A stretch of DNA of 64,000 nt from an uncultured Fidelibacterota bacterium (GTDB lineage Bacteria > Fidelibacterota > Marinisomatia > Marinisomatales > Marinisomataceae): positions 78,721 to 142,720 of the forward strand of contig CACOSI010000003.1 of NCBI GenBank assembly GCA_902629855.1, in the 5' to 3' direction. Numbering within the stretch: the stretch's first letter is position 1; every line of letters starts with the position of its first letter. The translations under genes were made by a program, and so were the position numbers. The notes beneath the pieces were generated by a model, which saw only the letters and a list, made by a program, of their open reading frames with translations, made no database searches and was not told where the DNA came from. Of this stretch, positions 9,315 to 18,364 are shown in pieces.

Positions 9315-10374
9315 AGTAAAAGTTAACTTAGGTAAAGAAAGTTATGACATTTTATTTAGTTCAGACTTTGCACTTTCAATAAAAAATCATGCTGAAAAAG
9401 TTAAGTCTGATTGTTTGATTATTACGCAAAAAAATATTGCTAATTTATTTCAAGAACAGTTTAAAGTACTCCATAATATTGATAATGTTTTTTTTATTTA
9501 TTTAGAAGATGGAGAAAAGGCAAAATCTATTGATTCAATAATGAAGATTTGCAATTATATGTCTGAAAAAAATTTTGATAGATCCTCGAAGATTTTTGCT
9601 GTTGGAGGAGGTGTTGTAGGTGATATTTCTGGATTTGCAGCATCTATTTTTATGAGAGGTATTGACTATTATCAATATCCAACAACTTTGCTAGCGATGA
9701 TAGACTCTTCTGTTGGAGGTAAAACCGGAATTAATTTAGATAAAGGAAAAAATTTAGTCGGAAGAATTTATCAGCCAAAAGAGGTTTTAATTGATACCAT
9801 ATTTTTGTCAACATTGCCAGGTAGACAGTTTAATGCTGCTTTAGCTGAAGCTATAAAGTATGGCTTCATTTATGATAGAGATTTATTTTTCTTAATTAAT
9901 AATAATATTGAAAATATTCTACAAAATAGGTCTATAGAATTAATAAAAAAAATTATAACCAATTGTTGCGAAATTAAAAGTGATATTGTAAGTGAAGATG
10001 TTAATGAAAACGAACTAAGGATGATTCTAAATTTTGGACATACAATTGGTCATGCGCTTGAGGCATATCAAAATTATAAAGAGCTTTTACATGGAGAAGC
10101 TATATTTTATGGTATGAAATGCGCAATAAGCATTTCACATAAAAAAGGTTCATTAAATGAATCAGAATACAATACTTCAATGGAGGTTTTAAATAGATTT
10201 AATCTACCTTTAATCAAAATTCAAGATAAAGAAAAATTAATCGCTTTAATCAAAAATGATAAAAAATTTAGGGAAAAGGAAATAAACTTTATTTTACTTG
10301 ATGAAATAGGAAAAGCTTATATTTCATCGGATATAAAAATGAATGATATTGAAGAAAGCTTGAGTTGCATATGA
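9304..10374 (+). CDS. aroB: 3-dehydroquinate synthase
   Basis: GGGVVGD, PTTLLAMIDSSVGGKT, LNFGHTIGHALE, HGEA; start at ATG 9304. Confidence 0.95.
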   Translation: MSNKVKVNLGKESYDILFSSDFALSIKNHAEKVKSDCLIITQKNIANLFQEQFKVLHNIDNVFFIYLEDGEKAKSIDSIMKICNYMSEKNFDRSSKIFAVGGGVVGDISGFAASIFMRGIDYYQYPTTLLAMIDSSVGGKTGINLDKGKNLVGRIYQPKEVLIDTIFLSTLPGRQFNAALAEAIKYGFIYDRDLFFLINNNIENILQNRSIELIKKIITNCCEIKSDIVSEDVNENELRMILNFGHTIGHALEAYQNYKELLHGEAIFYGMKCAISISHKKGSLNESEYNTSMEVLNRFNLPLIKIQDKEKLIALIKNDKKFREKEINFILLDEIGKAYISSDIKMNDIEESLSCI

Positions 10375-10802
10375 GGATACTAATTATCAATGGCCCAAAC
10401 CTAAATTTATTGGGTGAAAGGGAGACAAATATTTATGGATCAGAAACATTAGATCAAATAAATAATTGGATTTTAAATCACGAACTTTGTAAAGATTTTG
10501 ATATTAAATTTTTTCAATCTAACTCGGAAGGAAAAATAATTGATTTTCTTCATTCAAATAGAAAAAATTCTGACTATTGTTTAATAAATCCTGGAGCATT
10601 AACACATTATTCATATTCCCTAAGGGATGCAATTGTTGCATGCCAAATTCCAACAATAGAGATTCATTTATCAGATATTCATAAAAGAGAAAATTTTAGA
10701 AAGATATCAGTAATTAAGAGCGTTTGTTTAGAGCAGATTTATGGACGAGGAAAAGAAGGTTATATCATTGCTATTAAAAGAATTTTGGAGGAAAAATTAT
10801 GA
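10371..10802 (+). CDS. aroQ: type II 3-dehydroquinate dehydratase
   Basis: NGPNLNLLGERE, NPGALTHYS, EIHLS; ATGA overlap with aroB. Confidence 0.95.
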   Translation: MRILIINGPNLNLLGERETNIYGSETLDQINNWILNHELCKDFDIKFFQSNSEGKIIDFLHSNRKNSDYCLINPGALTHYSYSLRDAIVACQIPTIEIHLSDIHKRENFRKISVIKSVCLEQIYGRGKEGYIIAIKRILEEKL

Positions 10803-11368
10803 TTATTGGTATTCAAGGAATAGAAGGAAGCTTTAGCGAGGAAGCTGCAAAATCTTATTGTAAAAAATTTAACATTGAGAATTTTTCAATCGAATATCTT
10901 GTAAGTTCAATGAATGTGTTAGATCATTTATCAAAAAAATCAATTGATACTGGAGTTTTTGCCATGGAAAATGCTCAAGGTGGAGTTGTTATTGAAAGCG
11001 TTGAAGCACTAGCAAGAAATAATTGTGAAATCATTGATATGTTTTATGTTGAAATCAGCCAAAATTTATTAGCTAAACCTGGAATATCATTGGGTGATAT
11101 TGAAGAAATACATTCCCATGAACAAGCACTAAAGCAGTGTAAAGATTATTTAGCAGAAAAATTTTGGTCAAAGAAGCTTGTTGAGCAGGCAGATACTGCA
11201 AAAGCAGCCCAAGATTTATCTGAAAACAAACTTGATAATAATGTTGCTGTAATTGCTAGTAAGTTTTCAGCAAAAAAATATGGACTACAAATTTTAGAAA
11301 ATGATATACATGATTTAAAGAGAAATCTAACTCTTTTCTTAGCTGTTAAAAGGATAAGTAATGAATAA
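10799..11368 (+). CDS. pheA: prephenate dehydratase, catalytic domain only
   Basis: QGIEGSFSEEA, ENAQGG, SHEQALKQC, NLTLF (TRF-equivalent); ends before any ACT domain. Confidence 0.85.
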   Translation: MIIGIQGIEGSFSEEAAKSYCKKFNIENFSIEYLVSSMNVLDHLSKKSIDTGVFAMENAQGGVVIESVEALARNNCEIIDMFYVEISQNLLAKPGISLGDIEEIHSHEQALKQCKDYLAEKFWSKKLVEQADTAKAAQDLSENKLDNNVAVIASKFSAKKYGLQILENDIHDLKRNLTLFLAVKRISNE

Positions 11369-12074
11369 AGTAAGTATTATTGGTTTTGGAAGGTTTGGAG
11401 CAATGCTTCATTCACTATTATCAAAAGGTTTTGAGGTAGATGTTTATGATAAAAATCCCATTAACAATTCAGATATCAATGAAGTTACTTTAGAAAATGC
11501 TTTATTAAATGAAACAATTTTTATTGCTGTTCCAATAAGAGATTTTGAAGATTTAATAATACAAATATCTGATAAGATTTCAGAAGGTAAGACCATCATC
11601 GATGTTTGTTCGGTAAAAGTATATCCAAAGAAAGTAATGACAGCTAATATTCCGTCAGACGTAGATATAATTGCAACACATCCACTTTTTGGTCCTGATT
11701 CTTTGAAAGATAGTGGATCTGTAATGACAATGGAGTCAGTAAGAGACTCTTATGATAGATATGATTTTTGGAAAAATTATTTTTCAAGTCAAAACATTAT
11801 TATTGAAGAAATTTCTGCAGAAGAACATGATATGATGGCAGCAAAATCTCAAGGTTTAACACATTTTGTTGGTAGAATTATTGATGACTTTGGAACTAGT
11901 CAAACCAGAATTGATACGGAAGGTTACAAGGCCTTACATAAATTAGTTAATCAAACATGCAATGACTCTTGGGAATTATTTGAAGACATTCAAAATTATA
12001 ATCCATATACTAATAAAATGATATCAGAATTGAATGGAAGTTTCAAAAAAATTAGCGAAATTATAGATAAATAA
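11361..12074 (+). CDS. tyrA: prephenate/arogenate dehydrogenase
   Basis: GFGRFG, DVCSVK, HPLFGP, EEHD, SQGLTH. Confidence 0.88.
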   Translation: MNKVSIIGFGRFGAMLHSLLSKGFEVDVYDKNPINNSDINEVTLENALLNETIFIAVPIRDFEDLIIQISDKISEGKTIIDVCSVKVYPKKVMTANIPSDVDIIATHPLFGPDSLKDSGSVMTMESVRDSYDRYDFWKNYFSSQNIIIEEISAEEHDMMAAKSQGLTHFVGRIIDDFGTSQTRIDTEGYKALHKLVNQTCNDSWELFEDIQNYNPYTNKMISELNGSFKKISEIIDK

Positions 12075-12084
12075 CGGAGGGAAA

Positions 12085-12444
12085 ATGGATAATATTTTTA
12101 ACAAAATAAGTATAAGCTTAATAGTTTTAGGAATTGTTTTTTATTTTTTAGCAAGCACTTTTACTGCTTTAATACCATCTATACTTGGTGCATTGATGCA
12201 AATAGTGTTGTTGTTAGGTAGACAATTTCCAAGTTTTCATAAGCATTTTGCTCATGTTAACATGTTAATTTTAGTTTTAGGTATGGGAGCAACATACGGA
12301 TCAGTCATATCAATCTTTGCATATTTATTTAGTGGGACTGAACTGGAAAGACCTTTAGCAACTGTTGAGCAGTTTACTACTTTTATACTTTGTTTAGTTG
12401 GAATGATTATTGGTATAAAATCATTTATTGATGCTAGAAAATAA
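12085..12444 (+). CDS. small 4-TM membrane protein of unknown function
   Basis: Four hydrophobic segments, TALIP and HFAH motifs, GGAGG RBS. Confidence 0.7.
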   Translation: MDNIFNKISISLIVLGIVFYFLASTFTALIPSILGALMQIVLLLGRQFPSFHKHFAHVNMLILVLGMGATYGSVISIFAYLFSGTELERPLATVEQFTTFILCLVGMIIGIKSFIDARK

Positions 12445-12499
12445 ATAGAAACATCCTAACATATTTTTGGTTTAAAATTATATAAACATTGGAGAAGAT

Positions 12500-13000
12500 A
12501 TGAAAATAGTACTACTAGTATTGGTCTTAACATCGTCATTATTTGCTCAATCTGCCGATAAAGAAAAAATTGGCAAAAATCGTATGAAAATGATGCAAGA
12601 AAAAGAAGTTTTTATAATTGCAGCTATGACAAAAGATCTCAATATTTCATCAGAACAGGCTGAAAAATTCTTTCCTATTCACAATGAGTACAAAAAGAAA
12701 TCGGAAGAAGCAAAGTTATCTCATTCAAAACACATTAGAAATTTAAGAGAAGAAGCTAAAAATGATCGTTCTAAATTTGACGTTGATTCGGCTATTGATT
12801 CAAAGCTTAAAATGCAAGGAAAGCTAGCAAGATTGGAGAGTAAGTTTCTAAAAGATACCAAAGGTATTTTAACTGAAGATCAAAGAGTTAAACTTCTTTT
12901 TTTTGAGGAGAGAATGAAAACAAGAATGGCAAAAAATAAATCTGAAAAGAATGCTGAGCTTGAAAAAAGAAATTTTGACAGAAAGAAAAAAAGGAACTAA
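12500..13000 (+). CDS. secreted helical Spy/CpxP-like protein
   Basis: Signal peptide, LNISSEQ and ILTEDQR (LTxEQ-like) repeats. Confidence 0.6.
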   Translation: MKIVLLVLVLTSSLFAQSADKEKIGKNRMKMMQEKEVFIIAAMTKDLNISSEQAEKFFPIHNEYKKKSEEAKLSHSKHIRNLREEAKNDRSKFDVDSAIDSKLKMQGKLARLESKFLKDTKGILTEDQRVKLLFFEERMKTRMAKNKSEKNAELEKRNFDRKKKRN

Positions 13001-13030
13001 TTTTATAAAAATTTATATAGGAAAAATAAA

Positions 13031-13933
13031 ATGAGAAAACTAACAATAATTTTAACGACCTTATTTGTCTTCTATGGATGTGATGATAACATGTCTTACA
13101 TGGGAGATAAAATGATTCCAGACGCCCAACTTATTGAGCTGATTGATGCAGATCCAAATAAATTCGAAATAGATGCAATGGATATGCCTGAATTGACCAA
13201 AAATGTTGTTGATGCAGAATATTATGATTACATGATTATTTCAGCTGAAATATCTCCAGAATATGGATATAAGCTTTCATTAGGTGATATGGCTCTTGAT
13301 GCTGGCGATGTCGCGGGTTTATACTTTGCTAAAGATGGAAGAAAGCTTGGTAGAAAAGATGGTACAGATGACAGAAAAAGACATAAGAAAAGATGTTTTA
13401 GATTTGTATATCCACTAACATTTAGTTTAGGTGAAACATCTTATACCGTGAATGACCATAGTGAATTCAAAGAGGCTATGAAAGCGCATTATGAAGAAAC
13501 TGGTGAGAAACAAAGACCAGCCTATGCTTATCCGATCGAAGTTCAATTTAAAGGTGAAGAAGGAACTGTAGCGATAAATTCTGATGAAGAGTTAAAAGAA
13601 GCTTTTCAAGCCTGCAGAGGTGAACATAATGACAAAAAATGTTTCTCTTTAGGTTTTCCAGTTAGTTTTACTATGCCTGATGGGTCAGTATTAACTGCCG
13701 AAGATGAAGAAGATTTAGAGGAAAAAATGAAAGCCTTTTACGAATCTTATGAAGGTAAGAAGAAAAGACCTAGAGTGATTTATCCAGTAGATCTTGTTTT
13801 TGAGGACGGATCAACTTTAACTGTGAATTCTTTTCAAGAGATGAAACAAGCTTGGAGAGATAACTGCAGAAAAAGAGGCGATGACGATGGTGACGGAGAA
13901 GGTGAAGGCGAAAGTGAAGGAACTAGAGGCTAA
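13031..13933 (+). CDS. lipoprotein with PepSY-like region and four (Y/F)P repeats
   Basis: Lipobox FYGC; repeats CFRFVYP, RPAYAYP, CFSLGFP, RPRVIYP. Confidence 0.65.
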   Translation: MRKLTIILTTLFVFYGCDDNMSYMGDKMIPDAQLIELIDADPNKFEIDAMDMPELTKNVVDAEYYDYMIISAEISPEYGYKLSLGDMALDAGDVAGLYFAKDGRKLGRKDGTDDRKRHKKRCFRFVYPLTFSLGETSYTVNDHSEFKEAMKAHYEETGEKQRPAYAYPIEVQFKGEEGTVAINSDEELKEAFQACRGEHNDKKCFSLGFPVSFTMPDGSVLTAEDEEDLEEKMKAFYESYEGKKKRPRVIYPVDLVFEDGSTLTVNSFQEMKQAWRDNCRKRGDDDGDGEGEGESEGTRG

Positions 13934-13957
13934 AACTTTCAAGTATCAATCTTATTT

Positions 13958-13987
13958 AAAGGGCTACTTATAAAAGTAGCCCTTTTT
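13958..13987. terminator. bidirectional intrinsic terminator
   Basis: AAAGGGCTACTT-ATAA-AAGTAGCCCTTT plus T run between convergent genes. Confidence 0.88.
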
Positions 13988-14194
13988 TCATTCTATTTCT
14001 GTCCAATTTGTTACACCATTTCTTTCTGCTTCACATGAATTTCCATATACTTCTCCATCACAGCCTAAAACTGGATCATAATTTTCAGGGCATACAGCAT
14101 CAGGATTTATTTTACTTTCATCAATGCATGCTTGATCTTGTTTGTCCTCACATGATATTAAAATAAATGCAATAATAATAAGTGATTTTTCCAT
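13988..14194 (-). CDS. Kazal-type domain small lipoprotein
   Basis: Lipobox LISC; CPENYDPVLGCDGEVYGNSCEA Kazal motif. Confidence 0.8.
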   Translation of the reverse strand: MEKSLIIIAFILISCEDKQDQACIDESKINPDAVCPENYDPVLGCDGEVYGNSCEAERNGVTNWTEIE

Positions 14195-14290
14195 AAAGAA
14201 ATATACTTAAAAATTGTATTTACATAAAATTTTATTAAATTGTTTAGCAAGTTTATTTTGACAAAATCTAAAATAAATTAATTAAAATTT

Positions 14291-14363
14291 GGGGCCGTAG
14301 CTCAGTTGGGAGAGCGCATGAATGGCATTCATGAGGTCGTCGGTTCGATCCCGTCCGGCTCCA
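14291..14363 (+). tRNA. tRNA-Ala(GGC)
   Basis: Cloverleaf GGGGCCG/CGGCTCC, G3.U70, anticodon arm CATGA-ATGGCAT-TCATG; CCA not encoded. Confidence 0.97.
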
Positions 14364-14440
14364 CATAAATATTTCTAATGAAATCCTTGTCAATTTTCCC
14401 TAATATATTTAGTTATTAACTATAAAAAGGGGATTTAAAT

Positions 14441-15430
14441 ATGAAATTCAATTATGACTCAATGCCAACTTTAATGTTATTAGCTGCTGGCTTATTTGTG
14501 ATGTTTGCATCACCACCAGTAGTTAACTATGATGAGGTTGAATCAGCTGGAAAGAATATGCCTTTTGATGGAGAAGAAAATCCAGAATATGGTAAGGCAT
14601 TTGTTTTAGAAAGTGATGATTATATGGATAAAGCTTTAGCAATTGCTAATGCTTACACTGAGCTTGACAAAGAAAAACTTCTTTCTTTGATGGTAGACGA
14701 TATGAAGCCATTTGCAGATCAAATGGATGATCAAGAATCTTATTCATGGCGTCCTTGGTCAATGGTGCCATTAAGAAGAGTTGACGATGATGGTGCTTTT
14801 GTTGTTTCTTGGTCTTATGACACATCTGTAGAAAAAAATGGTTCTAAAACTGCAACTCACTATATTGATATATTAAGATTTAATGACGCTGATGAAGGTA
14901 AAATGTCAGGAATTTGGAGTACTTCTAGACCCGATCCTGAAAATAGTGAATATGGTCTTCGTGAGGGCGGAAAATTTGTTGGAAGAGGTGATAACCCATC
15001 TGATTGGTCTGGTAATCCATTTGTCTTTTCAAACAGAGGTGAAGTAGAAAAAATTGAAGCTTTTGTTGAAGCTGCTAATAATTTAGATGCCGATTCCACT
15101 TTAGAATTTTTTACTAACCCATTTACATATAATGATTCCGAAATTTCACATGATAGACTAAGAGAAATATTTGCAGGAAGAAAATCTCAGGAATGGAAAC
15201 CTTGGGCAATGATTCCTGTGAAAATTAAAGATACTGATCCTGAATCAGGAGTAATTGTTTGGTCAGAAGTTAGGGTTGAATCAAATGATGGTGATGTTTA
15301 TGAAGCTGAAGTTTCAGAAACCTATTTCTTTGATTTAGATGGTAAAATCAGTGGTGTTTCACAATACTCTAAAGACTTATCATCGGATGATGATTATGAC
15401 GATGATTCTGATGAAGATTCAGATGATTAA
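14441..15430 (+). CDS. exported protein with two NTF2/SnoaL-like repeats and an acidic tail
   Basis: N-terminal hydrophobic segment; internal repeat SWRPWSMVPL / EWKPWAMIPV; D-rich C-terminus. Confidence 0.55.
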   Translation: MKFNYDSMPTLMLLAAGLFVMFASPPVVNYDEVESAGKNMPFDGEENPEYGKAFVLESDDYMDKALAIANAYTELDKEKLLSLMVDDMKPFADQMDDQESYSWRPWSMVPLRRVDDDGAFVVSWSYDTSVEKNGSKTATHYIDILRFNDADEGKMSGIWSTSRPDPENSEYGLREGGKFVGRGDNPSDWSGNPFVFSNRGEVEKIEAFVEAANNLDADSTLEFFTNPFTYNDSEISHDRLREIFAGRKSQEWKPWAMIPVKIKDTDPESGVIVWSEVRVESNDGDVYEAEVSETYFFDLDGKISGVSQYSKDLSSDDDYDDDSDEDSDD

Positions 15431-15437
15431 TTCCTTT

Positions 15438-15471
15438 CTTCAACTGCTACCTGAAAAGGTAGCAGTTGAAG
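15438..15471. terminator. 15-bp perfect hairpin with GAAA loop between convergent genes
   Basis: CTTCAACTGCTACCT-GAAA-AGGTAGCAGTTGAAG. Confidence 0.8.
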
Positions 15472-15473
15472 TA

Positions 15474-16823
15474 TTAAAAATTGTTTATCAAGGTATTGAT
15501 TCCATCACTATTTTTGATAAGTTCAAAGGAATCAAATAGATCTCCAACTGCAGTATAAGACTTATATGACAACTTATTATTGTCAACGGTTATTACTTGG
15601 AAAAGCTGTTTATCCTGTCCTGATTTGTCTAAAGATATATCGTATTCTTTCCAATCTTTCTTAACGTCATATTGTTTTGGACCACTAACAGAAACAACAT
15701 AAACTGTTCCAGCAGCATCTTTTGTATTAGTACCTGTTGATAAATTGTCTTCAATCAAAGATGATGAGCCTCTAGCATAAGAATGATCGTGACCTTGTAA
15801 AACAAGATCAACTCCATATTTATCAAAAAGTGGTTTCCAAGCTTGACGTCTTTTTGGATTATCTCTTGAAGTTGAAGCAGAAAAAATTGGATGATGAAGA
15901 AAAGCGATTGCCCACTCATGTGGATTATTTTTTAGTGTTTCTTCAAGCCAGATAGTCTGTTCATCAATTTTTTCATTGCTATTTAAAGCAATGAATCTTA
16001 CACCTTGATAATCTATGAAATAACTAGTTTCTGGAAGTGCATCAATTCCATTTTCAGGTAATGTAAATTGGTGATTCCATTGAATGGATAGAGTTTTTTT
16101 TCTTAACGGGATATCTTTATTAAATAAAGGTCTATATTCATGATTACCCGGAATAGCTAAAGAAGGTAAAGTTCTATGAATCCATCCGCCTGCAGCAAAC
16201 CATTCGTGCCATTCTTCTTCATTATGAGCGTCATCAATTAAATCCCCGACATGTATGATAAAATTAGCTTCAGGAGCTTTTTTATATCCTTCTCTTATAA
16301 GTCTAGACCATAAATCATAAATATAATTTTGAGCATCACCAACATAAATGAATGAAAATGGCATATTTGTTTTTTCAGCAGTAGTGAACTGAATCCATTC
16401 GCTCCAAAATTTTCCATCACCAACTCGATATGCATAAGTTGTATTTGGTTCTAAATCTTCAAAAGTTATTGAATGATAATTATGATTTAAATTTTTAAAA
16501 GTCTTTTTAGATGTAAGATAATTATTTACAACATTAGAATACTTAAGATTTGTAGTTTTCGCTTCAATCCTCTTTGCATTAATAACAAATTTTGCATCTG
16601 CTTTTGCGATAGCAATTTCACCAAATCCTGATGTAATTTGCCTGCTTGTTCTCCAAGTAACACTTATCGATGAAGAAGGGTCGCCAGAAAGATTTAATAG
16701 TATATGATCAGGGGTTTGTTTAGGAGCGCTCCATTGTTTAGTAAATTCTGATTTTTCAGGAAAAGATTGGGCAGTGATTATGCTTAGTGAAAGGGCAAAA
16801 ATAAAAAATGCAATTTTTTTCAT
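15474..16823 (-). CDS. secreted purple acid phosphatase-like metallophosphoesterase with FN3-like domain
   Basis: Signal peptide, GDAQ, HVGDLI, GNHE, HHP, QGHDHSY. Confidence 0.88.
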   Translation of the reverse strand: MKKIAFFIFALSLSIITAQSFPEKSEFTKQWSAPKQTPDHILLNLSGDPSSSISVTWRTSRQITSGFGEIAIAKADAKFVINAKRIEAKTTNLKYSNVVNNYLTSKKTFKNLNHNYHSITFEDLEPNTTYAYRVGDGKFWSEWIQFTTAEKTNMPFSFIYVGDAQNYIYDLWSRLIREGYKKAPEANFIIHVGDLIDDAHNEEEWHEWFAAGGWIHRTLPSLAIPGNHEYRPLFNKDIPLRKKTLSIQWNHQFTLPENGIDALPETSYFIDYQGVRFIALNSNEKIDEQTIWLEETLKNNPHEWAIAFLHHPIFSASTSRDNPKRRQAWKPLFDKYGVDLVLQGHDHSYARGSSSLIEDNLSTGTNTKDAAGTVYVVSVSGPKQYDVKKDWKEYDISLDKSGQDKQLFQVITVDNNKLSYKSYTAVGDLFDSFELIKNSDGINTLINNF

Positions 16824-16910
16824 ATAGAAGTATAGTAAATATTTAGTTCATTGCGTAATTAAAAAATATGACATAATTTTCGGCAAATTGTTTGAAAAAA
16901 ACATCAATAA

Positions 16911-17525
16911 ATGAAGACAAAATACATAGCGGTTTTATTAATTTTATTATTAGTGGGGATATATATGTTAAGCAAAGATTCGAAAGAAAAAGTAGCTGTA
17001 ATTTCAACAAAATTTGGAGAAATGGTTATTGAGTTTTACCCCGACGTTGCACCGATGCACGTTGAAAGTTTTATTACTTTAGCAGAAGAGAATTATTTTG
17101 ATGGTACTACTTTTCACAGGGTAATACCAGGATTTGTAATTCAAGGTGGAGATCCAAATTCTAAGCTTGAAAATAGAGCAATTCACGGTACTGGTGGAAG
17201 AGCTGGTAAATTTTTTGGTATTGGAGATAAAGATGATTCATCAACATGGTTAATTCCACAAGAATTCAATGATATTCCTCACGAAAAAGGTATTTTATCC
17301 ATGGCTAGAACAAATGATCCTAACAGTGCTTCAAGCCAATTTTTTATTTGCCATGATAATGCAAGTTTCTTAGACAACAACTATACTGTTTTTGGCAAGG
17401 TGATTAAAGGGTTAGAAGTCATAGATTTAATTGTAAATGTAGAAAAAGACATGAATGATAATCCGTTGGAAAAAGTTGAGATGAAGGTTTTAATTTCTGA
17501 TAAGAGTGAAATTATTGAAGATTAA
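16911..17525 (+). CDS. cyclophilin-type peptidyl-prolyl isomerase with N-terminal anchor
   Basis: FHRVIPGFVIQGGDP, LSMAR, SASSQFFI, YTVFGKV. Confidence 0.93.
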   Translation: MKTKYIAVLLILLLVGIYMLSKDSKEKVAVISTKFGEMVIEFYPDVAPMHVESFITLAEENYFDGTTFHRVIPGFVIQGGDPNSKLENRAIHGTGGRAGKFFGIGDKDDSSTWLIPQEFNDIPHEKGILSMARTNDPNSASSQFFICHDNASFLDNNYTVFGKVIKGLEVIDLIVNVEKDMNDNPLEKVEMKVLISDKSEIIED

Positions 17526-17530
17526 AATGT

Positions 17531-18307
17531 TTAGCTCAATTTCTTAATAGCTTCGTCATATCCCAAATCAATAAGCTCTTTTCCTTTGTGAAAGTCCCAA
17601 CCTTTAAATTGATCAATTGGAGGTTCAATTAATATATCTGGCATTCCATTTTTGAAGCTGAGATGTGTTACATTATTCAAAATAACTTTAGCTGATCTAT
17701 CAATGATGTCGATAATATTATATTTATGTTCTTGTTTTTCGTTTGACTTAAGTCCATAAAGATTTACTGCAATAGTTTTTTCAGCACCCATATTTTTGAT
17801 AGATTCAAGAGGAACTGGGTCTATAAGTCCGCCGTCAAGACATAATTTACCATTAATTTTTATAGGCTTCAAAACTCCTGGAATAGCTATACTTGCTCTT
17901 ATAGCCTGGATTAAATCTCCTGAGTTTGATTCAATTTTCTTGTTATTTATGATATCAGTTGATACAGTCGTTAAGGGAATATTTAATTCTTCAAAAGTGG
18001 AAATATTAGTTATTTCTTTAAAGACTTTAATGACTTCATTACCATTCATTACTGAAAGTTTGGGAAAAATTGGATCAAGCTTGAATAAAACATCTCTCAT
18101 AAAACTTCTTTTATCAAGAATTTCTTCTTCAAATTTTTTAATATTTCCAGATGCATATATTGCTCCTATAAAAGATCCAATACTTGTTCCTGATATATGG
18201 CTAATTTTAATATCCAGCTCATCAATTGCTTTTAAAACGCCAACATGTGCATATCCTCTTGCAGCGCCACCCCCTAAAGCAATTCCAATTTTATAATTTT
18301 TTTTCAT
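17531..18307 (-). CDS. patatin-like phospholipase
   Basis: GGGAARG, GTSIG, DGG. Confidence 0.92.
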   Translation of the reverse strand: MKKNYKIGIALGGGAARGYAHVGVLKAIDELDIKISHISGTSIGSFIGAIYASGNIKKFEEEILDKRSFMRDVLFKLDPIFPKLSVMNGNEVIKVFKEITNISTFEELNIPLTTVSTDIINNKKIESNSGDLIQAIRASIAIPGVLKPIKINGKLCLDGGLIDPVPLESIKNMGAEKTIAVNLYGLKSNEKQEHKYNIIDIIDRSAKVILNNVTHLSFKNGMPDILIEPPIDQFKGWDFHKGKELIDLGYDEAIKKLS

Positions 18308-18364
18308 AATTTTTTTTCCTATAATTAAACCACTATCTAATCAATAAAACAAGGAATATTTACT

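Noticed and set aside
12445-12499. ECF sigma promoter (GAAAC) upstream of the Spy-like gene
   Set aside because: The -10 match is weak and no ECF gene is in the window; cannot be supported.
15380-15430. GAT-rich low-complexity repeat
   Set aside because: Simply encodes a poly-Asp tail; not a tandem-repeat locus or CRISPR array.
17796-18296. 166-aa + strand ORF
   Set aside because: Antisense shadow of the patatin gene with no motifs of its own.
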